Below are positions 51,307 to 64,000 of a DNA stretch of 64,000 nucleotides, piece after piece. Numbering within the stretch: position 1 is the first letter of the stretch; each line of letters begins with the position of its first letter. This DNA is from Antedon mediterranea (Eukaryota; Animalia; Echinodermata), in NCBI RefSeq assembly GCF_964355755.1, contig NC_092674.1:17608001-17672000 (forward strand). The letters run 5' to 3'. A program made the position numbers and the translations under genes. Under the pieces are notes generated by a model. It was given only the letters and a program-made list of their open reading frames with translations, ran no database searches and was not told the origin of the DNA.

Positions 51307-52435
51307 CGCCCGTATTCTTAAACCGGACGTTAGTCGTAGTTCGAGCTAAAACTAAAAAAATGATGTCATTTTAATTCATAAACCGAACTTCAACTAAATC
51401 ACCGACTTAAGGGCCTTTCACACCTGTTCCGGCACGGTTCCGGTCCGGCGAATCGAACGCCAATGTTTCGTTTTCACGACGCTCCACGCGGCCAAGCACC
51501 AATCGATATGCGCGTAGCCGCGTAAAAACGAAACATTGACGTTCGATTGGATTTGCCGTCGCCGGACCGGAACCGTGCCGGAGCAGGTGTGAAAGACCCT
51601 TAAATCAGGCCAACCTCGACTAAATCGAGACGGATTTTGATCGATTTTTTTAGTCCTGGAGGGGGCAGGCTAAATGGTCGACTAAATGGTTTTTAAACGA
51701 TGTTTATAAAAAACGTAACAGTCATTGAGTTGTTATATTGGCCAGATATTGAAGAATGAAATATCTATATTTATATTAGCTTAGTTAAATATACATTGGT
51801 ATAAGTTATAATAATGAAAATCATCTTTATTTACAACTGTATACAAATTACATTATTTTCTTCGCGCAAGTCCGACTTGAGCTACGTCACGCCATAGCGA
51901 CAATGGGAGATGCGGCAATTCACCACGCGATGGAATGTTTAGGGGGCCTAGCGCTTTCTTGTCACGCTATGAAGTGCGTGGTTCGTGGCGATCATACTTT
52001 GTTGGGGGCCTAGAAAATATAAAAGTTACCGTACCGCCATGGTTCCTAAATATATTTTGAAGATTTTATTTGTTGTTAATCAAATATACTTCACTGTTAA
52101 GTTAATACTGATATTGTTCTAATAATTAACGATTAAAATTATTTTTCATGTAGGCCTATATATAGTCCTGATGCGTAAAAAGTGTTGTAAGAAATGGAAA
52201 GTGATATCAATGCGCAAAATTTCGTCTGCTCCTCAAATACTCTCTTGTCATTGGCCAATGTATAGCCTTTGTTACCCAGACGTGTGCAACTCGACTAAAA
52301 GCTCGACTTCATTAAGTCGAACTGCAAACTTCGACTACTTCGTTTTTGAATCAAATTTGAAGTAATAGCTCGAACTACGACTTTTTCAAGTCGAACTTCG
52401 AACTACGACTAAAGTCCGGTTTAAGAATACGGGCG
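51307..52435. mobile_element. PIF/Harbinger-like MITE, copy 2
   Basis: Same TIRs as 24331-25228 (one mismatch in the left TIR), flanked by TAA on both sides; carries a nested insertion. Confidence 0.9.
51411..51599. mobile_element. 189-bp palindromic MITE nested in MITE copy 2
   Basis: GGGCCTTTCACACCTGTTCCGGCACGGTTCCGGTCCGGCGA..TCGCCGGACCGGAACCGTGCCGGAGCAGGTGTGAAAGACCC, flanked by TTAA on both sides and absent from copy 1. Confidence 0.9.
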
Positions 52436-53944
52436 TAAGTCGATGTCTGTAGGTCAAAACTAGGTCGATGTCTGTACGTAAAATCATTGTCGATGTCTGT
52501 ACGTAAAATCGGGGTCGATGTCTCTACGTTAAATCGTGGTCGATTTATGTACGTAAAAACGGGATCGATGTCTGCACGTAAAAACGGGTTCGATGTCTGT
52601 ACGTTAAATCAAGGTCGATGTCTATAAGTAAAATCGGGGTCGATGTCTGTACGTAAAATCGGGGTACATTTCTGTATGTAAAATCAGGATCGATGTCTGT
52701 ACGTAAAAACGAAGTCGATGTCTGTAGTTCAAAACTAGGTCGATGTCTGTACGTAAAAATGGGGTCGATGTCTGTACGAAAAAACTGGGTAGATATCTCT
52801 ACGTAAAATTGGGGTCGATGTATGTACGTAAAAACGCAGTTGATGTCTTTAGTTCAAAGCTAGGTCGATGTCTGTACGTAAAATCGGGGTCGATGTCTGC
52901 ACGTAAAATTGAGGTCGATGTCGGTACGTAAAAACTAGGTCAATGTCTGTACATAAAAACTAGGCCGATGTCTGTACGTAAAAACTAGGTCGATGTATGT
53001 ACGTAAAAACTAGTTCGATGTCTGTACATAAAATCGGGGTCGATGTCTATACATTAAATCGGGGTCGATGCCTTTACGTAAAAACGGGGTCGGTGTCTGC
53101 ACGTGAAATCGGGGTCGATGTCTGTGCGTAAAATCGGATTCGATATATGTATGTAAAAACGGGGTCGATGTCTGTACGTCAAAACTAGGTAGGTGAATGT
53201 ATGTAAAATCAGGGTCGATGCTGTACGTAAAAACTAAGTCGATGTCTGTACGTAAAATCGGGGTACATGTCTATACGTAAAATCAGGGTCAATGTCGATG
53301 TCTGTAGTTCAAAACTAGGTCGATGTCTGCACGTAAAAACGGGGTCGATGTCTGTACGTAAAAACGTGGTCGATGTCTGTACGTAAAAACTGGGTCGATG
53401 TCTGTACGTAAAATCGGGGTCCATATCTGTACGTAAAGTCGGGGTCGCTGTCATTGCATAAAAACTATGTCGAGGTCTGTAAGTAAAAACTAGGCCGATG
53501 TCTGTACGTAAAAACTAGGTCGATGTCTGTACGTAAAAACTAGGTCGATGTCTGTATATAAAATCGGGGTCGATGTCGGTACGTTAAACGGAATCGATTT
53601 CTGTACGTAAAATAGGGATCAACGTATGTACGTAAAATCGGGGTCAATGTATGTACGTAAAATCAGGGTCGGTGTCTGTACGTAAAAACGGGGTCGATGT
53701 CTGTACGTAAAAACTAGTTCGATGTCTGTACATAAAATCGGGGTCGATGTCTATACATTAAATCGGGGTCGATGCCTGTACGTAAAAACGGGGTCGGTGT
53801 CTGCACGTGAAATCGGGGTCGATGTCTGTGCGTAAAATCGGATTCGATATCTGTATGTAAAAACGGGGTCGATGTCTGTACGTCAAAACTAGGTAGATGA
53901 ATGTATGTAAAATCAGAGTCGATGCTGTACGTAAAAACTAAGTC
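52436..53944 (+). repeat. 21-bp satellite (duplicate of 25229-26736)
   Basis: Unit-by-unit variant order matches copy 1. Confidence 0.95.
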
Positions 53945-56900
53945 GGATGGTTTGAGTGTTGAATTTTATAGACATTTTTGGGTTGATATTAAAGATATGT
54001 TATGTGACGCTTTGAATCACTGCTATATTAGCAAAAGATTAGGCGGCTCACAAAGACTAGGTATTATAAATCAACTGTTTTAAGGCGGACAAAGAGAAAA
54101 ACTAGAAAACTTTAGGCCTATAACACTACTGAATGTAGATTATAAAGTAATGGCTCATGTTCTCTCCAATAGAATGCAAATTGTAATTGGATCTATAATT
54201 GGATATGATCAGAAAGGTTATGTCAAAGGGAGATTTGGAGGAGAGAATATTAGGTTAGTAGAAGATGTATTGTAATATACAGAAAATAACAATCAGCTAG
54301 GTGCAATAGTTTTTCTAGACTTTGCCAAGGCGTTTGATTCTATAGATAGAAATTTAATGTTTATATGTCTGAAAAAATATGGTTTTGGACAGTCATTTAT
54401 TAACTGGATAAAAACTATATATACAGATACGCAATGCCTTGTAACCCACAATGGTTGGATATCTGAAAGATTCAATATGAGATGTGGTGTAAGACAGGGT
54501 TGTCCTTTGTCTGCTTTGTGAAAATGAACATCATATTGTTAAAATAGCTCAACTAGCTGACGATAGTCTAATATTTACAAAGGATGAAATTAGTTTAAAC
54601 CATTTTCTGTGTGAAATTGAAATGTTCTGTTCAATATCAGGTTTAAGGTTAAATAAAAGTAAATCGAAAGGAATTTGGATTGGAGCAAATAAAAACAAAC
54701 AAACATCGCCATTTAATATCAAATGGACCAAAGAACCAGTGAAATTCCTTGGAATCTACGTAGGGTATGATAAACATACTTGTGTTAAACGAAATTGGGA
54801 TGATACAGTTTTAAAATTAGAGAATACACTAAAACTATGGGAAAAACGAAGCCTTACGTTTTTTGGCAAGGTAACAGTAATAAAATCTCTTGCCATTTCG
54901 AAATTAATATACAATGCTTGTATAATAGATGTACTATCTTATATCTTTCCAAAAGTTGATACATTGTTATATAGATTTTGTGGGGAGGAAAAAGGGAAAA
55001 AATTTAAGGAAAAACTCTTATAAACGCAGTAGATAAAGGTGGTATAAATATGGTGAATTTTAATATCTTAGTGGACTCTCTGAAGTTGAGTTGGGTTAAT
55101 AGACTGTTAAATCCTAACCCAGGTATTTGGAAATGTATTCCAAACTACTATATGCATCCAGTTGATTATACTGCGAATTGTAGTAAATTAAATACTGAAG
55201 CGCATACTAAATTAAACAAGGCCAACAGCCATTAAGTCGCGTGCTACAATGCATAGTGATACCGGACCGACAGACAGACCGACAGACCGACACACAAACA
55301 GACCGACCGACCGACATAGTGAACTATACTGACCAAAATTACTGAACATGTTTAAAAATGTTGAAATGTTTAAAAACATTTATATTTTTTTAATTTACAC
55401 GTGCGTAGCCTGTCACTTTTGACGTGCTCGTATAACGTAATTTCGAGTTGAAAAGTAAGTCAAGAAAACAGATATCGGGCAAAAAAAGTGCGGAATAACA
55501 TTTAACGCGCAGTGCGCGCGCAAAAATATGCGCACTCATGGCAATTTTGTAAACGCTTAAAATTGCCTGAAACGTACTCTTATTTCATCGAAAATAAATT
55601 TTGAAAAGTTTAAGCGCGCGTACGCATGCGTTACATGCGCTACGCACGTAATTGTATTGCCATATGATGATTTATGCCCTGAAATTTATGAGTACCAAAT
55701 TTGATTTAATTGTGATTCATGGTTGTGAAGATATGATTACAAACTTGATTTCGTTAAATCGTGCGTAGACCGCGTAATTTTTTATTGCGCACCGTGAAAA
55801 CATCACCACATTGATTCCTGGCCATAAGGAATATACTGTGAAAAATTGACTTAGCTAGATTAAACTGATATCAAGATAAGGTCAGAAAGCGATAAAACGC
55901 ATAGTGATACCGGACCGACAAACAGACCGACAGACAGACAGACCGACCAACCGACCGACATAGTGAACTATAGAGTCGCTTCCACGCGACTAAAAGTATG
56001 CCAGTATTTTATATGAATATGTTGAAAGCAGCTGTTAAATTAAACAATATTGTATATTGTTTAGAGCCGCAAAATTTACAAGAAATTAAGTCACAACACT
56101 TATGGCAAAAAAACAAATTTATAACATCAATTGAGGGAAAATCTTTATATTTCAACACCTGGTTAAACTCTGGATACAAAAGAGTAAATGATATAGTCGT
56201 AAATAACAGGTTATTGACTGCAGCAGAAATTATTCCAACTCTGTCGAATAAACAGAATGGATTAATTGAATACTTTGCAACAATAAATGCAATACCTTAT
56301 ATAGGCCTATGTAAAGAACAAATAAGGTTGGAAAATGCACGCATAGATATACAATTTAGAGAACATAATATATTTCATAATAGGATAAGATCGTCTTACG
56401 ATTATAAGCAGTTTATAAATGGTATATGTATTATTCCAAATCCTCAAATGAAATGGGAAATAGAATTTAGAGATGAAATTATTGACTGGAATTAAATATG
56501 GAATAGAAAAGTATGTAGAATGAAACACATGGTAAAAGTAGCTCAATTTAATTTTAAGTTGTTACATCGAATCCTTATATGTAAAAAAAGACTAAAAAGA
56601 TGGAAATTATCCACAACAGACAAATGTAATAAGTGTAAGAATCATATAGAAAATGAAAAACCCTTATTAATTGCATGTAAAACTATTCAACCAGTCTGGA
56701 AAAAGTTTAAAGATATGCTGGTTCAGTGTCTTCCAAATGAGGTTACAGTACAGCAAGACTTCCCAAAGTGGCTTAATGTAATTTTTGGAACAACAAACAA
56801 ACTTGTAAACGAATTAATTTCAGTTTTTACTTTTTGTATATATAAATCCTCCATAATATATAGAGAACTAGAAACGACAGAAAAAAAAAGAATCTGCAAA

Positions 56901-57850
56901 TATTTGGGGGCTTTTTAAAAATGAAATTATAAACCTCATAAATAATGAGTATTCGTATAACTTTTATACTGCTGATCAGAAATGGAAAAAAAGTAAAGAC
57001 AGGATATTTGACCTATTGAATAATTAAAATATATATGTGCTGGAGATCTCTATCCCTACGTTTTACAATTGTATTTTATATTAGTGTGACATATACTGTA
57101 TAAGTTTTAATATAAATGTGTAGCCCTTTTTTATTTCAAGTGATTTTAAATGGAACCCTTGATTATGTTTTTAGACAATTTTAATAACTTATATGAAATC
57201 TGTAATTATTGGTATTTATTTTTTAATATATATATATTTTTCTATATTTGCAATATTCATATTGTATACATGTCAATGTAATCTGCATGTATTTGTATTT
57301 GTCCAATATATATATTTTTCTATATTTGCAATATTTTATATCGTAAATACAAATTGTAAGTAGTAGTTGTACCAAGGTGACATCGGGTATGAAGTGTCTT
57401 GCACAGTGTATGGACTCTAACCTTACGGTTTTCATTAAATATATTATTGCATGCTATCATTCTAAATATCTAACTTTCAAACCTTTGCATTCCTCTTTTT
57501 TCATTTCATCCTTTTTATCTTGGTGAAAAGGGAGGATACTACATTTTTCTCCCCTGTGTTTATAGCCTTTCTACTCGAACACATATAAGAGCACAAATAA
57601 GATAGTTTAACAAGAAAATTTTAATCATGTATTTTACCGCCATTTTTCTTTTTTTTTTCTAAAATTTTAATGAAAAAAAATATGGTTAATACTGAATTCA
57701 AGCATCTTATTATGTAAATATACCTGTATTTTAACTACTTTAAACACTTACTTTCAATTGTCACAAATATACTTATATGTATATAATATATTCACCAATG
57801 AGAATTTAAATAAACGTGAGATGAACTCACACAAGACAAAAAAAATTTAA
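53945..57850 (+). mobile_element. Decayed L1/Tx1-type LINE, copy 2
   Basis: Near-identical to 26737-30625, with the same 5' truncation point. Confidence 0.9.
55215..55993 (-). mobile_element. Helentron/HINE-like element, copy 2
   Basis: Same structure and insertion point as 28006-28772. Confidence 0.78.
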
Positions 57851-60800
57851 AAAATCGAGGTCGATGTTGGTACGTAAAAACGGGGTCGATGTCTGTATGT
57901 AAAATCAGGATGAATAAAAAAAAAAAAAAAAAATCAGGATCGATGTCTGTACGTAAAAACTAGGTCGATGTCTGTACGTAAAAACGGGGATGATGAATGT
58001 ACGTAAAATCGGGGTCGATGTATGTACGTCAAATCGGGGTCAATGTCTCTACATAAAATCGAGGTTGATGTCGGTACGTAAAAACTAGGTCGATGTCTGT
58101 ACGTAAAAACGGAGTCGATGTATGTACGTCAAAACTACGTCGATGTCTGTTTGTAAAATCAGGGTCGACGTCTGTACGTAAAAACTAGGTCGATGTCTGT
58201 ACGTAAAAACGGGGTCGATGTCTGTACGTAAAATCGGGGTCAATGTCTGTACGTAAAATCGGGGTCGATGTATGTACATAAAATCGGGGTCGATGTCTGT
58301 ACGTTAAATCGAAGTCGATGCCTGTACGGTAAATCGGGTTCGATGTCTGTACGTAAAAACGTGGTCGATGTCTGTACCTCAAAATGGGGTTGATTTCTGT
58401 ACGTCAAAACTAGGTCGATGTCTGTACGTAAAAACAGAGTCGATGTCTGTACGTAAAATCGAAGTCGATGTCGGTACGTAAAAACTAGGTCGATGTCTGT
58501 ACGTAAAAACAGAGTTGATGTCTGAATGTCAAAACGGGGTCGATGTCTGTACGTAAAAACGGGGTTGATGTCGGTACGTAAAATCGGGGTCAATGTCTGT
58601 ACGTAAAAACGGAGTCGATATATCTACGTCAAAACGTCGATGTCTGTTTGTAAAATCAGGGTCGACGTCTGTACGTAAAAACTAGGTCGATGTCTGTACG
58701 TAAAAACGGGGTCGATGTCTGTACGTAAAATCGGGGTCAATGTCTATACGTAAAATCGGGGTCGATGTATGTACATAAAATCGGGGTCGATGTCTGTACG
58801 TTAAATCGAAGTCGATGCCTGTACGGTAAATCGGGTTCGATGTCTGTACTTAAAAACGTGGTCGATGTCTGTACCTCAAAATGGGGTCGATTTCTGTACG
58901 TCAAAACTAGGTCGATGTCTGTACGTAAAAACAGAGTCGATGTCTGTACGTAAAATCGAAGTCGATGTCGGTACGTAAAAACTAGGTCGATGTCTGTACG
59001 TAAACACAGAGTCGATGTCTGAATGTCAAAACGGGGTCGATGTCTGTACGTCAAAACTAGGTCGATGTCTGTACGTAAAATCGGGGTCGATGTCTGTACG
59101 TCAAATCGAGGTTGATGTCTGTACGTAAAAACTGGGTCGATAACTGTACGTTAAATCCGGTCGATGTCTGTACCTAAAATTGGGGTCGATGTCTGTACGT
59201 AAAATCGGGGTCGATTTCGGTACGTAAAATCGGTGTCGATTTCTGTACGTAAAAACTTGGTCGATGACTGTACGTAAAATCGGGGTCGATGTCTGAACGT
59301 AAAATAGGGATCGATGTCGGTACGTAAAATCGAGGTTGATGTCTGTACCTAAAAACTGGGTCGATGACTGTACGTAAAAACGGAGTCGATGTATGTACGT
59401 CAAAACTACGTCGATGTCTGTTTGTAAAATCAGGGTCGACGTCTGTACGTAAAAACTAGGTCGATGTCTGTACGTAAAAACGGGGTCGATGTCTGTACGT
59501 AAAATCGGGGTCAATGTCTGTACGTAAAATCGGGGTCGATGTATGTACATAAAATCGGGGTCGATGTCTGTACGTTAAATCGAAGTCGATGCCTGTACGG
59601 TAAATCGGGTTCGATGTCTGTACGTAAAAACGTGGTCGATGTCTGTACCTCAAAATGGGGTTGATTTCTGTACGTCAAAACTAGGTCGATGTCTGTACGT
59701 AAAAACAGAGTCGATGTCTGTACGTAAAATCGAAGTCGATGTCGGTACGTAAAAACTAGGTCGATGTCTGTACGTAAAAACAGAGTTGATGTCTGAATGT
59801 CAAAACGGGGTCGATGTCTGTACGTAAAAACGGGGTTGATGTCGGTACGTAAAATCGGGGTCAATGTCTGTACGTAAAAACGGAGTCGATATATCTACGT
59901 CAAAACGTCGATGTCTGTTTGTAAAATCAGGGTCGACGTCTGTACGTAAAAACTAGGTCGATGTCTGTACGTAAAAACGGGGTCGATGTCTGTACGTAAA
60001 ATCGGGGTCAATGTCTATACGTAAAATCGGGGTCGATGTATGTACATAAAATCGGGGTCGATGTCTGTACGTTAAATCGAAGTCGATGCCTGTACGGTAA
60101 ATCGGGTTCGATGTCTGTACTTAAAAACGTGGTCGATGTCTGTACCTCAAAATGGGGTCGATTTCTGTACGTCAAAACTAGGTCGATGTCTGTACGTAAA
60201 AACAGAGTCGATGTCTGTACGTAAAATCGAAGTCGATGTCGGTACGTAAAAACTAGGTCGATGTCTGTACGTAAACACAGAGTCGATGTCTGAATGTCAA
60301 AACGGGGTCGATGTCTGTACGTCAAAACTAGGTCGATGTCTGTACGTAAAATCGGGGTCGATGTCTGTACGTCAAATCGAGGTTGATGTCTGTACGTAAA
60401 AACTGGGTCGATAACTGTACGTTAAATCCGGTCGATGTCTGTACCTAAAATTGGGGTCGATGTCTGTACGTAAAATCGGGGTCGATTTCGGTACGTAAAA
60501 TCGGTGTCGATTTCTGTACGTCAAAACTTGGTCGATGACTGTACGTAAAATCGGGGTCGATGTCTGAACGTAAAATAGGGATCGATGTCGGTACGTAAAA
60601 TGGAGGTTGATGTCTGTACCTAAAAACTGGGTCGATGACTGTACGTAAAAGCGGGTCGATGTCTGTACGTAAAATCGTGGTCGATGTATGTACGTCAAAT
60701 TGGTGTGGCTGTCTGTACGTAAAATCGGGGTCGATGCCTGTACGTAAAAACTGGGTCGATGTATGTACGTCAAAACGAGGTCGATGTCGGTACGTAAAAA

Positions 60801-62279
60801 CTAGGTCGATGTCTGTTTGTCAAAACGGGGTCGATGTCTGTACGTAAAAACGGGGTTGATGGCTGTACGTAAAATCGGGTCGATGTCTGTACGTAAAATC
60901 GTGGTCGATGTCTGTACGTAAAAACTGAGTCGATGTCTGAATGTCAAAACGGGGTCGATGTCTGTACGTCAAAACTAGGTCGATGTCTGTACGTAAAAAC
61001 GGGGTTGATGTCGGTACGTCAAATCGGGGTCGATATCTGTACGTAAAAACGGAGTCGATATATGTACGTCAAAACTAGGTCAATGTCTGTTTGTAAAATC
61101 AGGGTCGACGTATGTACGTAAAAACAAGGTCGATGTCTGTACGTAAAAACTAGGTCGATGTCTGTACGTAAAAACGGGGTCGATGTCTGTACGTAAAATT
61201 GGGGTCAATGTCTATACGTAAAATCGGGGTCGATGTATGTACATAAAATCGGGGTCGATGTCTGTACGTTAAATCGAAGTCGATGCCTGTACGGTAAATC
61301 GGGTTCGATGTCTGTACTTAAAAACGTGGTCGATGTCTGTACCTCAAAATGGGGTCGATTTCTGTACGTCAAAACTAGGTCGATGTCTGTACGTAAAAAC
61401 AGAGTCGATGTCTGTACGTAAAATCGTGGTCGATGTATGTACGTCAAATTGGTGTGGCTGTCTGTACGTAAAATCGGGGTCGATGCCTGTACGTAAAAAC
61501 TGGGTCGATGTATGTACGTCAAAACGAGGTCGATGTCGGTACGTAAAAACTAGGTCGATGTCTGTTTGTCAAAACGGGGTCGATGTCTGTACGTAAAAAC
61601 GGGGTTGATGGCTGTACGTAAAATCGGGTCGATGTCTGTACGTAAAATCGTGGTCGATGTATGTACGTAAAATCGGGGTCAATGTCTGTACGTAAATCGA
61701 GGTTGATGTCTGTTTGTCAAAACGGGGTCGATGTCTGTACGTAAAAACGGGGTTGATGGCTGTACGTAAAATCGGGTCGATGTCTGTACGTAAAATCGTG
61801 GTCGATGTATGTACGTAAAATCGGGGTCGATGTCTGTACGTAAATCGAGGTTGATGTCTGTACGTAAAAACTTGGTCGATGACTGTACGTAAAATCGGGG
61901 TCCATGTATGTACGTAAAATCGGGTTCGATGTATGTACGTTAAATCGGGATCGATGTCTGTACGTAAAATCGGGGTCGATGTCTGTACGTAAAAACTGGG
62001 TCGATCTCTGTACGTAAAATCGGGGTCGATGTATGTACGTAAAATCGGGGTCGATGTCTGTACGTAAATACGGGATCGATGTCTGTTCGTGAAATCGGGG
62101 TCGTTGTCTTTATGTAAAATCGCTGTCGATGTATGTACGTCAAAGCGGGGTCGATATCTGTACGTTAAAACTAGGTCGATGTCTGTAAGTAAAATCGGGG
62201 ATCTGTCTGTACGTAAAATTGAGGTCGATGTCGGTACGTAAAAACGCGGTCGATGTCTGTATGTAAAATCAGGGTCGAT
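57851..62279 (+). repeat. 21-bp satellite with a 1271-bp higher-order duplication
   Basis: Identical spurious ORFs are offset by 1271 bp (58185/59456, 58240/59511, 58737/60008). The poly(A) micro-insert recurs at ~57912-57930. Confidence 0.96.
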
Positions 62280-64000
62280 CAGTGGGACAGCCAGTCGACA
62301 AATCGTGTCAAATTTCGACTCGGAGAGGGCGCCCTACTTTTCTAATTTAGTTCAAAATTGCTAAATTTTAGGGTGTTGGAAAAACACAATATTTGTAAAT
62401 TTAGCTGATTATCGGAAAAATATTGTTAGTGAATTAAATTCATAAATGGTTTTAATATATTGTCATGTAAAATTAAATGTATTTGAACAAAACGATAATC
62501 TGTAATTTAACGGCAAAATCAACCAATGTCTTTTTTCCGAAATTGTACCCTAGAAAATCGTTAAAATAAAATATTTAGAAAAATTGAACAGTCCTGAATT
62601 TAAAATCCCTGTTAGAAAAATTAATAATCTACAGAATACGATATTAAGATACAAAATTCGGTGGTTCGGATGCAGCTCCGACTATTCAAACTAAAGGTAC
62701 CACTATTTGTTCCATCGAAAACTAGCGAAACCGCCATTTTGTAAACACATCGTCATCGTGTTTATGAATTTATTCATAGCGAACGATATACGCGATGTTT
62801 ATAATTGTCCGCGTATAAGAATTCATATAAATAAATATATTCCAATACAACGTATATTATTTCTTGTTTATTTATCACAGTATACATTTTAGTTGAGGAA
62901 TATTTATCATAACTATTATAATAGCTTTTATACGAGTCCGAGGCCTAGCCCTATTAGCGAGCGATTGTTCCAGGGGCGGAAAGTCACTTAGTGACGTTGT
63001 GATCGGGCGCGTCGGGCCTAGCTAATATTAATAATATGACCTGAAATAAGCGACTAACAAGAACTGTTATATACTTGCTTACAATTGTTTTGTTATTGAT
63101 GAACAAACAAGCAATTAGATTGAATAACAAATTATTTATTCATTTTTTTTGGGTAAAAACATGTACAAACTATGCCCTAGTACTGTATATAAATTAATAG
63201 TAATATTAAACTAATTAATACAGTATTAATAAAATATAAAATAGGCCTAACATACAATAAATATTCAATTTTTAAGGTCTACCACATGACAATAACATAA
63301 TTTACAGAGTGTAGGTTTGCATTCAACTTAAATATTTGTATTGTAATTCATCTAAATCCTCTGCAACATACATATATTTGTAATTCAACATTTTGTTTTA
63401 AATAATTAAATTATAGTTTGGGTATGACAATGTCTGGTACCGGTGTCATCTTTTTATCCACTTCACTCTCAGTTTGAAGTCACAAAGACAAAGAACTCTG
63501 CATCATCAACGATTCCTGAAAGTGTCAGAAAAAATAATAAATATTATTTTTAAAAAATTTTAATGTCTGGTTGTATATATAATTATAATATATGATGACA
63601 TAAAAGTAAGGCAAATGGAAGCTGTATTTTATTAATTAATATTAGTATTACAGTATTTGCTATTATTATTTATATAATCTAGGCCTACTAGTAGCATAGC
63701 TAGGCATCTATTGAGCCTAATAAATCAAATAATAAATGAAAAATAAAATAATAATATTAATACTGATTGAAAAAAAGTATTTTTTGTGGGGGATCAGATC
63801 ACCAGGCTAGGCCGGCCAGGACCAATGATACTCGTAATCAGTACTGTACAACTTAACGACTATCGGATCAGCATCAACACAGTACAACACACGTCTCGCT
63901 ATCGCCTATACTGACACACGTGTCTCGCTTTGCCGAAACCACGCTCACAGCTAGAAAATGTACCTACCTTTCGAGGCCTGAGAATACACCAACAAATTTT

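Larger units (their letters stand above)
51307..62279 (+). repeat. Segmental duplication of 24331-~33666
   Basis: Same order (MITE, satellite, LINE, Helentron-like insert, poly(A) insert, satellite) with shared junctions and several identical ORFs, e.g. 27413/54622 and 27841/55050. Confidence 0.96.

Overview
AT-rich eukaryotic (animal-like) genomic DNA. It is mostly tandem repeats and nested transposable elements, with no prokaryotic operon, rRNA or CRISPR. Most short ORFs in the track are artefacts of 81/82-bp and 21-bp satellites. The main hidden feature is a minus-strand gene of about 18 coding exons (7473-19777), many of them micro-exons, which I assembled by hand from GT-AG boundaries and intron phases. 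It encodes a Glu-rich region, two C2H2 zinc fingers, a region like the core-binding domain of tyrosine recombinases (YR) and a Myb-like C-terminus, but no recognisable YR catalytic domain. Three of its introns hold a tandem repeat built on a tRNA-like sequence, its last exon runs into the 82-bp satellite, and a second minisatellite lies just upstream of it. The rest of the window has a full-length Mag-type Gypsy LTR element (121-bp LTRs, AAAGG TSD) inside a truncated Harbinger-like element. It also has a ~9-11 kb segmental duplication that starts at a Harbinger-like MITE and carries a 21-bp satellite, a decayed L1/Tx1 LINE and a Helentron-like insert. L2/CR1-group and hAT fragments and foldback-arranged repeat arrays are also present. 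Family assignments come from recognising motifs, not from database searches.
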